Shown piece by piece: positions 27,453 to 36,793 of a stretch of 64,000 nt of DNA. Position 1 is the stretch's first letter; each line of letters opens with the position of its first letter. The stretch comes from an uncultured Gammaproteobacteria bacterium. Its GTDB lineage: Bacteria; Patescibacteriota; Microgenomatia; Levybacterales; GWA1-39-11. The notes under the pieces are model-generated. The model saw only the letters and a list, made by a program, of their open reading frames with translations. It searched no databases and was not told the origin of the DNA. The translations under genes were made by a program, and so were the position numbers. The DNA is taken from positions 332,110-396,109 of the forward strand of contig CAYVKP010000001.1 of assembly GCA_964452165.1 (NCBI GenBank), given 5' to 3'.

Positions 27453-27776
27453 ATGGTTAAACATTTTTATAGCTTTATTATAGAAACTGAAACCCTATTT
27501 TTGGAAATAGATTCGCTTGAGATATCGGATTCTGAAAAATCACATCTAAAGTCGTTAGCAGAATCTCATATTCATCACTCAATCCTTGATGCGATTATGT
27601 CCGAAATGAGCGCTCCGGATAAAAAGTTATTCCTTGAACATCTAAATTCCAAGAATCATCAAAGAGTTTGGGATTTTTTGCACGAAAAAGTAGAGGATGT
27701 TGAAGAGAAAATAAAAAATGCCGCCCACGCAATCAAAAAAGAACTCCACAAAGATCTCAAGGAAGCAAAGAGCTAG
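27453..27776 (+). CDS. hypothetical helical protein
   Basis: 107-aa ORF starting 3 bp after the upstream gene; His-rich SHIHH. Confidence 0.7.
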   Translation: MVKHFYSFIIETETLFLEIDSLEISDSEKSHLKSLAESHIHHSILDAIMSEMSAPDKKLFLEHLNSKNHQRVWDFLHEKVEDVEEKIKNAAHAIKKELHKDLKEAKS

Positions 27777-29050
27777 AAGATGGAATTTGGCGCAAGAGCC
27801 TCCATGTGATCAAAATCAGGACCCGAATCAGCCCTGAGTATGCTTTCCGTAACAAACGGGACATCCTCTATTTCAGGTAGAGCTAGCCTCACATATCTGT
27901 GTCCAAGCTGAGGATTGGAGGTGTCCGCATAATCTGCTCCACTGGTTGTTGCTACTCCCAGCTGGAGAAGTCTAGGATATAGTTGATCGGTTTTCCCCTT
28001 GATAGTTATCAGTGGAACTCTTGGATCGGTGGGTAGGTAAGAAACGCCTTCCATATCGAAGGCTTGCATAAGTAAGGTTTTTGCTTCTTTTATTTCCTCT
28101 CGTTTATTAGCAAAGTGAGGTAATAATATCTCGTTCTTCATAAGCTCGCCTATCAAAAGTGTTTTGGGTCCGTCAATTGGGTAATCTCTCTCAACGCTTT
28201 TAAAACTTTCTCCTAACGTTTTTGACATAACTGCGTAGCCTATTCTTTCTCCCGGCAAACCGCCTAGCTTTGATAAGGATCTCAGCACGATGAGATTATC
28301 ATATTTTTCGGTCAGTCTGATAGCCGATTGGTTGTCTTCAAATGCATCGCCTTGAGCCTCACTTATGATAACCTTCATCTTTCTCTCAGCACAAAAACTG
28401 ACAAATTTTTCCACCTCTTGGAGTGAAGCCGTGCTACCAGTGGGGTTGTTGCCATTGTCAAAATAATATGCGGCTGATCCTCTATTTCCTCGGGCCTTTC
28501 CCACCATTTCGACTCGTGCTCTTGTTACTCTGTCCATAGCAATTTCCAACTTCTCACCCAGTGTTGTATCAAGCGGTACCGGAACTGGGGCATAAAGTAT
28601 ATTTTCACCTACGGGTCCTCTAGAAGTTCTATCTCTAAATCGATTTATGAAATTTGCAGTGTCAGGAAAGTGAGGGGGAATTCCCCATACTTGGGTTTTT
28701 GATGGATTTAGTAGCCAATAAACCGTACGCTCGAGAATTTCGTCGCTTCCGCCTCCGCTGAAAGTTATGTAGGGATCTTCGCCTATTCCAAAACGTTCCC
28801 TCACATATCTTTTCGAGTTCTCAAGCGATTCCTTTGGATAACGCCTTGCTGCTTCCGCAAATGCGCCACTTAGTTCTAGCTCACGCCGAATCGATGAATA
28901 TTGAGGAATCTCTCCAAAGCGAGACTCACCAGATGATAAATCTAAGCTCACCACGCCATGAGTTTCCGCTCTTCTCACATAGCTTCTTGCTTCGGGCGGT
29001 GTTCTAAAGTGACGTCTATGTCTTCTTCTACCGTCTTCTCTAGGATTCAT
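27773..29050 (-). CDS. PLP-dependent aminotransferase class I/II (HisC-like, divergent)
   Basis: Motifs GGSDE, NNPTG, LRSLSKLGGLPGERIGY (PLP lysine) and YVRL. Confidence 0.8.
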   Translation of the reverse strand: MNPREDGRRRHRRHFRTPPEARSYVRRAETHGVVSLDLSSGESRFGEIPQYSSIRRELELSGAFAEAARRYPKESLENSKRYVRERFGIGEDPYITFSGGGSDEILERTVYWLLNPSKTQVWGIPPHFPDTANFINRFRDRTSRGPVGENILYAPVPVPLDTTLGEKLEIAMDRVTRARVEMVGKARGNRGSAAYYFDNGNNPTGSTASLQEVEKFVSFCAERKMKVIISEAQGDAFEDNQSAIRLTEKYDNLIVLRSLSKLGGLPGERIGYAVMSKTLGESFKSVERDYPIDGPKTLLIGELMKNEILLPHFANKREEIKEAKTLLMQAFDMEGVSYLPTDPRVPLITIKGKTDQLYPRLLQLGVATTSGADYADTSNPQLGHRYVRLALPEIEDVPFVTESILRADSGPDFDHMEALAPNSIF

Positions 29051-29139
29051 ATTACAGGCCTATTGTAAACCTCGATCTATATTATGGCAAGCACCAGAAA
29101 ACTTGAAATTGAAGCTTTATCTGTTACAATATCCGCACG

Positions 29140-30879
29140 ATGCCGTATAGGATTGAGGATAAGATCAAATTTCTCTCGGAGGCGAGCAAGATACTATCGT
29201 CGTCCCTGGATTATAAAGCCACCATTGCGGTAGTTGCGAATCTCGTTGTTAACAATTTGTCAGACTTTTGTCTCGTTGATGTGATTGAAGGCGAGAATAT
29301 GAAGCGTTTAGCAGTAGGTGTTTCAGATGGAAAACATGAGGGAATAGTGCAGAAATTCTTTGGTTTTACTCCAGATCCTGAGAATAAAAAAGCAATTTAC
29401 GAAGCAGCCAAACTAGGTAAACCAATTATAATAAGAAAGGCAACAAAACAATGGCTTTCCACAGTTTCCAAGATTCCTGAAGAAAAAGAGATCGTTTCAA
29501 AACTGAATTTAAAATCTTTTATTTTTGCCCCTCTTAAAAGTAGAGGTAAGATTGTGGGCGTAATGACTCTCGCTTCAAATAAGGACAAGTTTTACTACAA
29601 ACAAGGAGACTCGATCTTCATAGAAGAGCTGGCCGGAAGAATCGGGCTTGCCATAGATAATGCCAGATTGTTCTCACAAACTCAGGAAGCTTTAAAAGTA
29701 CGAAACGCTCAGTCAGCAATGTTGCGGAGCATTTATAAGTCTGCGCTTGATTTTCTTGCTCCTCAGTCATTGCCTCAAACTTACAAAATAGCAGTAAGTG
29801 AGGCAATTAAAATCGCTCAAGCCGAATTTGGAATAATCTTTCTTGAGAATAATGGTATTTTGAGTAGAGTCTATACAAACATGAAAGATCCGGGTTATGT
29901 TGAGCCTCGACGTGATGGGTATACCTATAGATCATTCAAAACCGGGCGTACGCAGCTTTTGACAAGTGATAAAAAAGATAGAATCAACCCAAAGCTTACG
30001 GCCCTGGGAATCAAATCAATAGTTATAATTCCTCTTACATATCACAATAAGGCAATTGGTGCCCTCACTCTTCTTGCCAAAAATGACAAACATTTTACAA
30101 GGGATAAGCTCGAGCTTTTACGGGTTTTTTGTGGGTTAGTTAGTCTTGCGATAGAGAAAACCAGACTTTATAAAGAAGCTGAAAGTACACTAAAGACTCG
30201 AGATCTCTTTATTTCGATGGCTGCACATGAGCTTCGCACCCCAACAACCACAATTCAAGGATACACTCAAATGATGAAGAGAAAAAGTGAAAAAGGTGAA
30301 CCGGTACCACAAAAATGGGTAAGTATTTTATATGGTGAGACAGTGAGACTTAACAATTTACTTCGAGAACTACTCCGGGTAGAACAAGTCAAGACTGGCC
30401 AACTTAAGTACACCTGGAAGAGAAATAGCCTTACGGAAATAATAGAGAGAGTAATTGGTGCATCAAGCGTTACGCACCCAAATCACAAGGTAATATTTGA
30501 AAATAAGATTCGAAAAGGGAGCGATGTAATCCTATGTGACTTCGACAAGATAATGCAAGCAGTTATCAATCTGGTCAATAATGCAGCAAAATTTTCACCA
30601 AGTGGAACAAGGATTAAGATAAGTCTTTTTCACCGCGGCTCAAATATTATTATCGCAGTGAAGGATGAGGGATCAGGAATATCCAAAAAAGACCTGCCTC
30701 ATGTTGTGGAAGGGTTTTATAAAGGGGAGGAGCACACTAAGGAAGGAATGGGCCTCGGTCTTTTCTTAACCGAGAATATTGTTCAGCGACACGGCGGTTC
30801 AATAAATGTTAAATCACAGTTGGGTAAAGGGACAGTAGTTGAAATGATCTTTCCAACTAATCCATCACATATAATATAA
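29140..30879 (+). CDS. cytoplasmic GAF-GAF sensor histidine kinase
   Basis: Two GAF domains; H box AHELRTP, N box NLVNNAAKFS, G boxes DEGSG and GMGLGL. No TM segment. Confidence 0.92.
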   Translation: MPYRIEDKIKFLSEASKILSSSLDYKATIAVVANLVVNNLSDFCLVDVIEGENMKRLAVGVSDGKHEGIVQKFFGFTPDPENKKAIYEAAKLGKPIIIRKATKQWLSTVSKIPEEKEIVSKLNLKSFIFAPLKSRGKIVGVMTLASNKDKFYYKQGDSIFIEELAGRIGLAIDNARLFSQTQEALKVRNAQSAMLRSIYKSALDFLAPQSLPQTYKIAVSEAIKIAQAEFGIIFLENNGILSRVYTNMKDPGYVEPRRDGYTYRSFKTGRTQLLTSDKKDRINPKLTALGIKSIVIIPLTYHNKAIGALTLLAKNDKHFTRDKLELLRVFCGLVSLAIEKTRLYKEAESTLKTRDLFISMAAHELRTPTTTIQGYTQMMKRKSEKGEPVPQKWVSILYGETVRLNNLLRELLRVEQVKTGQLKYTWKRNSLTEIIERVIGASSVTHPNHKVIFENKIRKGSDVILCDFDKIMQAVINLVNNAAKFSPSGTRIKISLFHRGSNIIIAVKDEGSGISKKDLPHVVEGFYKGEEHTKEGMGLGLFLTENIVQRHGGSINVKSQLGKGTVVEMIFPTNPSHII

Positions 30880-30881
30880 AC

Positions 30882-31436
30882 GTGGACAAAGGATTGGCAC
30901 TCAATAAAATTGCTCAGGAAATAGAGAAGTGTAAAATTTGCAAGAAAGATAAAATTGGTACGGCGGTGGTGGGGGAAGGAAATTCAGACGCAGAAGTAAT
31001 TTTTATAGGGGAAGCCCCGGGTAAAACTGAAGCAGCAACTGGCAGGCCCTTCATAGGGAGATCCGGAAAATTTCTTAGGGAGCAAATCAGAAAAATTGGT
31101 CTTACTGAGGATGAAGTTTACATTACAAGCCCAGTCAAGTATTTGCCCACTTATAAAACCCCAACCGATGAAGACATTAAGCATGGTATGGTTCATCTAT
31201 CAAAGCAACTGGAGGTAATAAGCCCTCATCTGGCAGTTCTGCTCGGGAGTGTCGCAGCCCGAGGAGTTTTGGGCGAAAAGATAAGCGTCGCCGCTCTTCA
31301 CGGACAAACAATGGTCAGAAATGGCAGATTGCATTTTGTCTCATACCATCCATCAGCGGCAATTCGTTTCACCAAGGTCAGAGAAATGTTTATGTTAGAC
31401 TTCAAAAAACTAAAAAAGCAAATCAGAACCTCTTAA
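30882..31436 (+). CDS. uracil-DNA glycosylase family 4
   Basis: Motifs IGEAPG, GRPFIGRSG and YHPSA. Confidence 0.9.
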   Translation: MDKGLALNKIAQEIEKCKICKKDKIGTAVVGEGNSDAEVIFIGEAPGKTEAATGRPFIGRSGKFLREQIRKIGLTEDEVYITSPVKYLPTYKTPTDEDIKHGMVHLSKQLEVISPHLAVLLGSVAARGVLGEKISVAALHGQTMVRNGRLHFVSYHPSAAIRFTKVREMFMLDFKKLKKQIRTS

Positions 31437-31485
31437 CGAATCCTTACACTCTTTTTCTTTTTCTCTTATGCTTGTGTTCTATATT
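31432..31485 (+). promoter_or_regulatory. tandem CTTAA/CTTAC box plus -10 element
   Basis: CTTAA at 31432, CTTAC at 31443, TATATT at 31480. Confidence 0.55.
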
Positions 31486-31492
31486 GATATAT

Positions 31493-31660
31493 ATGAAGAA
31501 TTTAGCAAAGAGAAGCATTTTTTATCACTTCTGGGCAGTGTTAAGCTCAAATCCGGAAGGTAAAAAGTACTCAAAGATCACGGCTCGATCAAAAGAGTAT
31601 AGCTTCCAAGCACCTACATATAAACCTGAATTTGTAAGCGGACGATTGGCTATAAGGTAA
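31493..31660 (+). CDS. small hypothetical protein (55 aa)
   Basis: ATG lies 7 nt after a -10-like box; the stop is 1 nt before the next ATG. Confidence 0.45.
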   Translation: MKNLAKRSIFYHFWAVLSSNPEGKKYSKITARSKEYSFQAPTYKPEFVSGRLAIR

Positions 31661-31661
31661 T

Positions 31662-31988
31662 ATGGAAAGTACCAGAATACTTCTTGTCAAAATATTTAAC
31701 GCAATCGGATTTATAATAGGATTTTTCTTACTTTTGCGAATCGTCTTTAGATTCTTCTCTGCCAACCCGTCAACCCCGCTTGTCAGTCTCGTTTATTCGG
31801 TAAGCGGTAGCTTAATTTATCCATTCAAGGGTATGTTCAGGGACGTTTTTATACAAGGCGCGGCAATTGATGTATCTGCTGTTATAGCCCTGATTGCATA
31901 TTCGATATTGATATCACTTATAATCTCTCTCGTAAACGCACTTGTAACTCCTATAATTCTCCGCCACGACAGAAGTCTTCACGCTTAA
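31662..31988 (+). CDS. YggT-family membrane protein
   Basis: LLLRIVFRFFSANP..PLV..PFKG..IDVSAVIAL. Confidence 0.75.
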   Translation: MESTRILLVKIFNAIGFIIGFFLLLRIVFRFFSANPSTPLVSLVYSVSGSLIYPFKGMFRDVFIQGAAIDVSAVIALIAYSILISLIISLVNALVTPIILRHDRSLHA

Positions 31989-32029
31989 ACTAGATTTCAA
32001 AATTACTCTTCAGCTGGGGTTTTAACCAA

Positions 32030-32064
32030 AAAAATAGCGCCCGATATTTCAAGGCGCTATTTTT
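32030..32064. terminator. bidirectional intrinsic terminator
   Basis: AAAAATAGCGCC-loop-GGCGCTATTTTT between convergent genes. Confidence 0.8.
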
Positions 32065-32073
32065 AATACTGCC

Positions 32074-32328
32074 TTATCTTGTGCCCGACAACGCTCTTCC
32101 TATGGCAATTAGTGCCACGGCTCCAACAATTGCGACTATGAAACTGTAGAGATTAAATCCTGTAACTCCGGGTTGACCGAAGACGCTCATTATGAAACCT
32201 CCAACTACACCTCCAACGACACCCAGAATTATGTCCATAAAGAGACCTTGTTGGCTATCTGTCCTCATGATTATTGATGCCAACCAGCCCGCGATCGCTC
32301 CGAAAACTATCCAAAGTACAACGTTCAT
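32074..32328 (-). CDS. GlsB/YeaQ/YmgE family stress-response membrane protein
   Basis: WIVFGAIAGWLASIIM..DIILGVVGGVVGG..SFIVAIVGA; strong SD AAGGAGGTGA. Confidence 0.9.
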   Translation of the reverse strand: MNVVLWIVFGAIAGWLASIIMRTDSQQGLFMDIILGVVGGVVGGFIMSVFGQPGVTGFNLYSFIVAIVGAVALIAIGRALSGTR

Positions 32329-32357
32329 TTGATCTCACCTCCTTCTTTCATATATTG

Positions 32358-32412
32358 ATTGTAGTGCTGGGGAGTGATAAGCAAATTAAGAGGTAGTAAG
32401 AGTAGGGTAAGA
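32358..32412 (-). promoter_or_regulatory. tandem CTTAC boxes plus -10 element
   Basis: Minus strand: CTTAC at 32411 and 32400, CTTAA at 32390, TACAAT at 32363-32358. Confidence 0.6.
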
Positions 32413-32421
32413 AGGAGAAGC

Positions 32422-33087
32422 TTATTCCTTAATTACGTATCCGAAGCCTCTCATGGATTGAATCAAAGATTTATCAAATCCACTATCAACTTTCTTTCTC
32501 AAATATCCCATATATACGTCCACAACCCTAGTTTCAATATCCGGTGATGTTAGCCAGATGCGATTTAATATCATTTCTCGACTTAAAACTCTTCCTTTGT
32601 TGCTCATTAGGTATTCAAGAAGTTTAAATTCTGTGGGGGTAAGACTTATATCCTTAGTTCCTCTTTTTATCTCAAGCGTTGACCGATCAAGCTCCAGGTC
32701 CGCAACCTTGAGTTTGGTGTCGTGTGTGTCTCTTAGTCTTGCCTTGATTCTCGCAATAAGTTCTTGTCCATCAAACGGTTTTGCCAAATAATCATCTGCT
32801 CCAAGGTTTAGACCATGAATAATATCAGAGGTATCGCCTTTGGCAGTGAGGATTATAACGGGGGTTTCAGGATATTTCTTTTTTATTTCGCTGCATACAG
32901 TCTCGCCGCTTATTTTTGGTAAACCCAAATCCAAAACAACGAGGCTTGGTTTTACCTTTTTAAGGAAGGCAAGGGCTTCGGCGCCGTCTTGTGCTATTTC
33001 TACGGAAAAGTCCACCTCTGAGAGTAGGTCTTTCAGGTACTCTTGTAGCGACGGATCATCCTCTACTATTAATACTTTTTGTAACAT
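32422..33087 (-). CDS. OmpR/PhoB-family response regulator
   Basis: Receiver domain VEDD..LDLGLP..GADDYLAKPF; winged helix LTPTEFKLL..VDVYMGYLRKK..RGFGY. Confidence 0.95.
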   Translation of the reverse strand: MLQKVLIVEDDPSLQEYLKDLLSEVDFSVEIAQDGAEALAFLKKVKPSLVVLDLGLPKISGETVCSEIKKKYPETPVIILTAKGDTSDIIHGLNLGADDYLAKPFDGQELIARIKARLRDTHDTKLKVADLELDRSTLEIKRGTKDISLTPTEFKLLEYLMSNKGRVLSREMILNRIWLTSPDIETRVVDVYMGYLRKKVDSGFDKSLIQSMRGFGYVIKE

Positions 33088-33095
33088 AATTTGGA

Positions 33096-33190
33096 ATTAT
33101 ATCCTTTTGATTTTTGATGTCAAGTTAACTGCTTTAGTATCGGCTTTTGCAGTCAAAAGACTAATAGAGAAGTGTAAGAAATATGTAAGA
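33096..33190 (-). promoter_or_regulatory. two promoters of the response regulator: consensus P1 and CTTAC-box P2
   Basis: P1: TTGACA(33123)-16 bp-TATAAT(33101). P2: CTTAC at 33189 and 33178 with GATACT at 33141. Confidence 0.55.
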
Positions 33191-33204
33191 GCAATTCGAT
33201 AAAA

Positions 33205-33543
33205 TTATCTTTTTTGCTCAATATCAATCCTGGCGTTAATCGTTTTCAATTTATCGTTGACAGCTCGATTTATATCAACCTTGGCTGCAATGGCAAGCTG
33301 CATTAATGTAATCAAGACATCGGCAAATTCCTGATACATATTCCTTTTGTCAAAATTCTCAAGTTTGGCCTTTCTTTGGAGTCTAAGAATTCCCAGAATA
33401 TCATTGCAGAGCTCTCCAACCTCTTCATTTAATTTAACGGTTCTTGCTAAAATTTCTTTCTCTCGCGGACTATTGAGGTCATAGTCCAACTTGTTTCTCT
33501 CGCTTAAGATTTTTACTTTCTCCTCTATTGATTTAAGGTCCAT
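33205..33543 (-). CDS. MazG-like NTP pyrophosphohydrolase
   Basis: KLNEEVGEL...QEFADVL (ExxE..ExxD). Confidence 0.8.
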   Translation of the reverse strand: MDLKSIEEKVKILSERNKLDYDLNSPREKEILARTVKLNEEVGELCNDILGILRLQRKAKLENFDKRNMYQEFADVLITLMQLAIAAKVDINRAVNDKLKTINARIDIEQKR

Positions 33544-33585
33544 ATTTCTGATTATAACACTGCGCAGTTATAATATAATTAGGAC

Positions 33586-33984
33586 GTGAAGAGTTTAAAA
33601 GAAGAACCAATTCAAGAAGGCGAGATAATTGAAACCCACTGGGATGTTAAAAAAATTGCCGTAGGACTAGTAGTTTTGGCGCTACTTCTTATAGCCGGAT
33701 CATATTTATTTCTGCCCAAGAGTGATTCGAATAACCAAGAAAGAGGAGTACTTGGAGTATCTGAAAGTAAAGTATCCACTGTTCAAGATGTACCACCACT
33801 TCCGTCCAAGCAAGACGTTCAGAACGTACTTTCAAGCGCACAAACCGCACTTTCTCAGATTACTTCGGATAATTTAACTTCCTCTCAGGCCGCAATCCAA
33901 AAAGTTATCTCCGATTTATCATCGCTTCAAGATAAAAAAGATGCGGTTGGTGTTTTCTGCGAGGTTGTGTGTAAAAATAAGTGA
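33586..33984 (+). CDS. single-pass membrane hypothetical protein
   Basis: TM helix, GVLG motif and C-terminal CEVVC. Confidence 0.7.
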   Translation: MKSLKEEPIQEGEIIETHWDVKKIAVGLVVLALLLIAGSYLFLPKSDSNNQERGVLGVSESKVSTVQDVPPLPSKQDVQNVLSSAQTALSQITSDNLTSSQAAIQKVISDLSSLQDKKDAVGVFCEVVCKNK

Positions 33985-35252
33985 TGATCAAAAAAATTAA
34001 GAAATTATTTTCTATTTTCGGACCCGGTTTTATAACGGGCGCTTCAGACGACGATCCTTCAGGAATTGCCACTTATTCACAAACCGGTGCTCAATTTGGA
34101 TTTTCTCAATTATGGACTGCGCCTTTTTCTTTTCCATTTATGGCCGCAGTTCAGGAGATGTGTGGAAGAATCGGGCTTGTTACCGGCAAAGGGATTGCAG
34201 TAATTGCAAAAGAAAATTACACCAAAACAGTTCTATATTTCGCAGTCATGCTTTTATTAGTGGCAAACACTATTAATATTGGCGCTGACCTTGGTGCAAT
34301 GGCTGGCGCAGCAGGTTTGTTAATAGGTATTCCCTTTGTAATCCTCTTGCTAATATTTACAGTTGTGACACTGGTTCTGGAAATTTTTGTTCCTTACACT
34401 ACGTATGCACGGTTTTTAAAATACCTGACCCTATCTCTTTTTGCTTATATAGCAACAACAATCGTTATTAAGTTGGACTGGTCTAAGGTCTTCGTCTCGA
34501 CTATTATTCCAAATATATCTCTCAGTCGAAACTATGTATTGAACATCGTCGCAATTTTGGGAACAACTATTTCCCCTTATCTTTTCTTTTGGCAAGCAGA
34601 TGAGGAGGTTGAGGAAGAGATTGAGGAGGGAAAAATTAAAGCGATGGGTAAGGGAAAACCCGACGTCACAAGGAGAGACATAAAAAAGATGAGAGCGGAT
34701 ACGCTTATGGGTATGTTTTTCTCAAATCTTGTTATGTTTTTTATAATCGTAGCAACAGCCTCTGCATTATTTACCCATGGAATAACTACAATTCAGACCG
34801 CAGATCAAGCGGCTCGTGCTCTACAGCCATTTGCCGGCAAATTCGCATTCTTATTATTCGCTTTGGGCATTATAGGTACGGGTTTACTTGCTGTGCCGGT
34901 CCTTGCGGGATCTGCTGCTTATGCAATCGCTGAATCATTCAATTGGAGAGCTGGTTTGGGTTTAAAGTTCAAGCGTGCACATGGATTTTACGGTGTAATA
35001 ACGATCGCAACTATCATCGGTTTATTGGTTAACTTTACTGCTATTAAGCCTTTTCAAATGCTTTATTACACTGCAATCTTAAATGGGGTTGTTGCTCCAC
35101 CCCTTATGATTTTAATTTTATTTATCGCTAACAACAAAAAAATCATGGGAGACAACACGAATTCAAAAGTCTCAAATATAATGGGAATAATAATAACCGT
35201 TATTATGTCCCTCGCTGTAGCGGCGCTCGTTTTTAACTTCTTCGTAAAATAG
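33981..35252 (+). CDS. NRAMP-family divalent metal transporter
   Basis: Motifs GPGFITGASDDDPSGIATYSQTGA and GTTISPY; polytopic membrane protein. Confidence 0.9.
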   Translation: MMIKKIKKLFSIFGPGFITGASDDDPSGIATYSQTGAQFGFSQLWTAPFSFPFMAAVQEMCGRIGLVTGKGIAVIAKENYTKTVLYFAVMLLLVANTINIGADLGAMAGAAGLLIGIPFVILLLIFTVVTLVLEIFVPYTTYARFLKYLTLSLFAYIATTIVIKLDWSKVFVSTIIPNISLSRNYVLNIVAILGTTISPYLFFWQADEEVEEEIEEGKIKAMGKGKPDVTRRDIKKMRADTLMGMFFSNLVMFFIIVATASALFTHGITTIQTADQAARALQPFAGKFAFLLFALGIIGTGLLAVPVLAGSAAYAIAESFNWRAGLGLKFKRAHGFYGVITIATIIGLLVNFTAIKPFQMLYYTAILNGVVAPPLMILILFIANNKKIMGDNTNSKVSNIMGIIITVIMSLAVAALVFNFFVK

Positions 35253-35280
35253 CTCTCTTTCTGTTAAAATTCAAACTGTT

Positions 35281-36291
35281 ATGAATGATTTAATTGACAG
35301 AGCAAAAATCTTAGTCGGAAAAATAAACATTGAGGAGAAGCAGACAAAAATTCGCGAAATAGAAGCACAAAGTACTGATCCAGACTTTTGGAAAGATAGT
35401 CTCGTAGCTACTAAAAAAATGAAAGAGATGGCGGCTTTACAAAAAGAGGTTGAGACCGTCAAAAAACTTCAGGAATATATCGACTCGAATAATACCACGG
35501 GACTTGAGTCCTTAATTTCTGAGATGGAGGTCTACTTTTATCTTGCAGGACCATACGATAAGAGTAACGTTATCTTCACAGTTCATGCCGGCCAAGGAGG
35601 CAGTGATGCTATGGATTGGGCCTCAATGCTATATAGAATGTACGTCAAGTATTTTGAGAAAAAGGGGTGGAATTTTGAGGTAGTTGATGAGACGCCGGGA
35701 GATGAAGCAGGAATCAAAAACGTAACAATCTCGGTTGAGGGAGATTTTATTTACGGCTATTTGAAGGGTGAGGTTGGGACACATCGTCTCGTCCGCTTAT
35801 CTCCATTTAATGCAAATCAACTAAGGCAAACATCCTTTGCTTTGGTTGAGGTTTTGCCTCAGGTAGAAAACACGTCAGCTGAAATTAAGGAAGATGATCT
35901 TGAGTGGGATTTCTATCGAGCCTCCTCACACGGTGGACAGAACGTTCAGAAGGTCTCGTCTGCAGTCCGTCTTAAACATAAGCCAACCGGGATTATTGTC
36001 ACATGCCAGACTGAAAGGTTTCAAGCTCAAAATCGCGAGAATGCATTAAAACTTTTGAAAGCAAAATTGTGGGCTCGCGAACAGGAAGAGCGTTCAGAAG
36101 CGGAGAAAAAAATTAAAGGTGAATATAGACCGGCATCGTGGGGAAATCAGATTCGCTCTTACGTCCTTCACCCCTATCAAATGGTTAAAGATTTAAGGAC
36201 AAAAGTTGAGACTAGCAATACTCAGGCAGTTTTAGATGGAGATATTGATATCTTTATCGACGCGGAGCTTAAAGAGAGTTCAAATACATGA
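35281..36291 (+). CDS. prfB: peptide chain release factor 2 (no programmed frameshift)
   Basis: SPF motif (RLSPF), GGQ and WGNQIRSYVLHPY in one continuous ORF. Confidence 0.93.
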   Translation: MNDLIDRAKILVGKINIEEKQTKIREIEAQSTDPDFWKDSLVATKKMKEMAALQKEVETVKKLQEYIDSNNTTGLESLISEMEVYFYLAGPYDKSNVIFTVHAGQGGSDAMDWASMLYRMYVKYFEKKGWNFEVVDETPGDEAGIKNVTISVEGDFIYGYLKGEVGTHRLVRLSPFNANQLRQTSFALVEVLPQVENTSAEIKEDDLEWDFYRASSHGGQNVQKVSSAVRLKHKPTGIIVTCQTERFQAQNRENALKLLKAKLWAREQEERSEAEKKIKGEYRPASWGNQIRSYVLHPYQMVKDLRTKVETSNTQAVLDGDIDIFIDAELKESSNT

Positions 36292-36755
36292 AAACAGGCG
36301 TTTTAGAAGGGGAGAAACATTTTACGGCCTCAGTTTGGATCTTAAGTTCGCGGGCGCCCAAGAAAATGCTACTAATTCATCACAAAAAATTGGAGCGTTG
36401 GATGCAGCCGGGAGGCCACATTGAGCAGTTTGAGAATCCCATCGAAACCGCGGTTCGTGAAGTAAAAGAGGAGACGGGGCTTGATATAAGTTTCTTGTTA
36501 GCACAAATTGAATTTGTTGATGAGGAGGGAAGTTTTCTTCCGACTCCAAAATTTTTTATAGAGCAAACAATTCCTGCCTGGCAAGACACACCCAGGCATT
36601 ATCATCTTGACCTCAATTATGTCGTAGAAATTCCCGAACAAGATTTAAAAATTAACACACGGGAGTCACATGACATCGGTTGGTTTACAAAGAGGCAAAT
36701 CTCAAAACTCTCAACTCACGCAGACACAAAAATAATAGTACGCAAGCTAATGTAG
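36288..36755 (+). CDS. NUDIX hydrolase
   Basis: Nudix box GGHIE..ETAVREVKEETGL. Confidence 0.9.
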   Translation: MKTGVLEGEKHFTASVWILSSRAPKKMLLIHHKKLERWMQPGGHIEQFENPIETAVREVKEETGLDISFLLAQIEFVDEEGSFLPTPKFFIEQTIPAWQDTPRHYHLDLNYVVEIPEQDLKINTRESHDIGWFTKRQISKLSTHADTKIIVRKLM

Positions 36756-36793
36756 GGTTGTAAAAATGGCAAAAATGTGGTTTACTTATTGGT

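Noticed and set aside
28990-29050. Tat signal in the Arg-rich N-terminus of the aminotransferase
   Set aside because: There is no SRRxFLK context and no hydrophobic h-region after the arginines.
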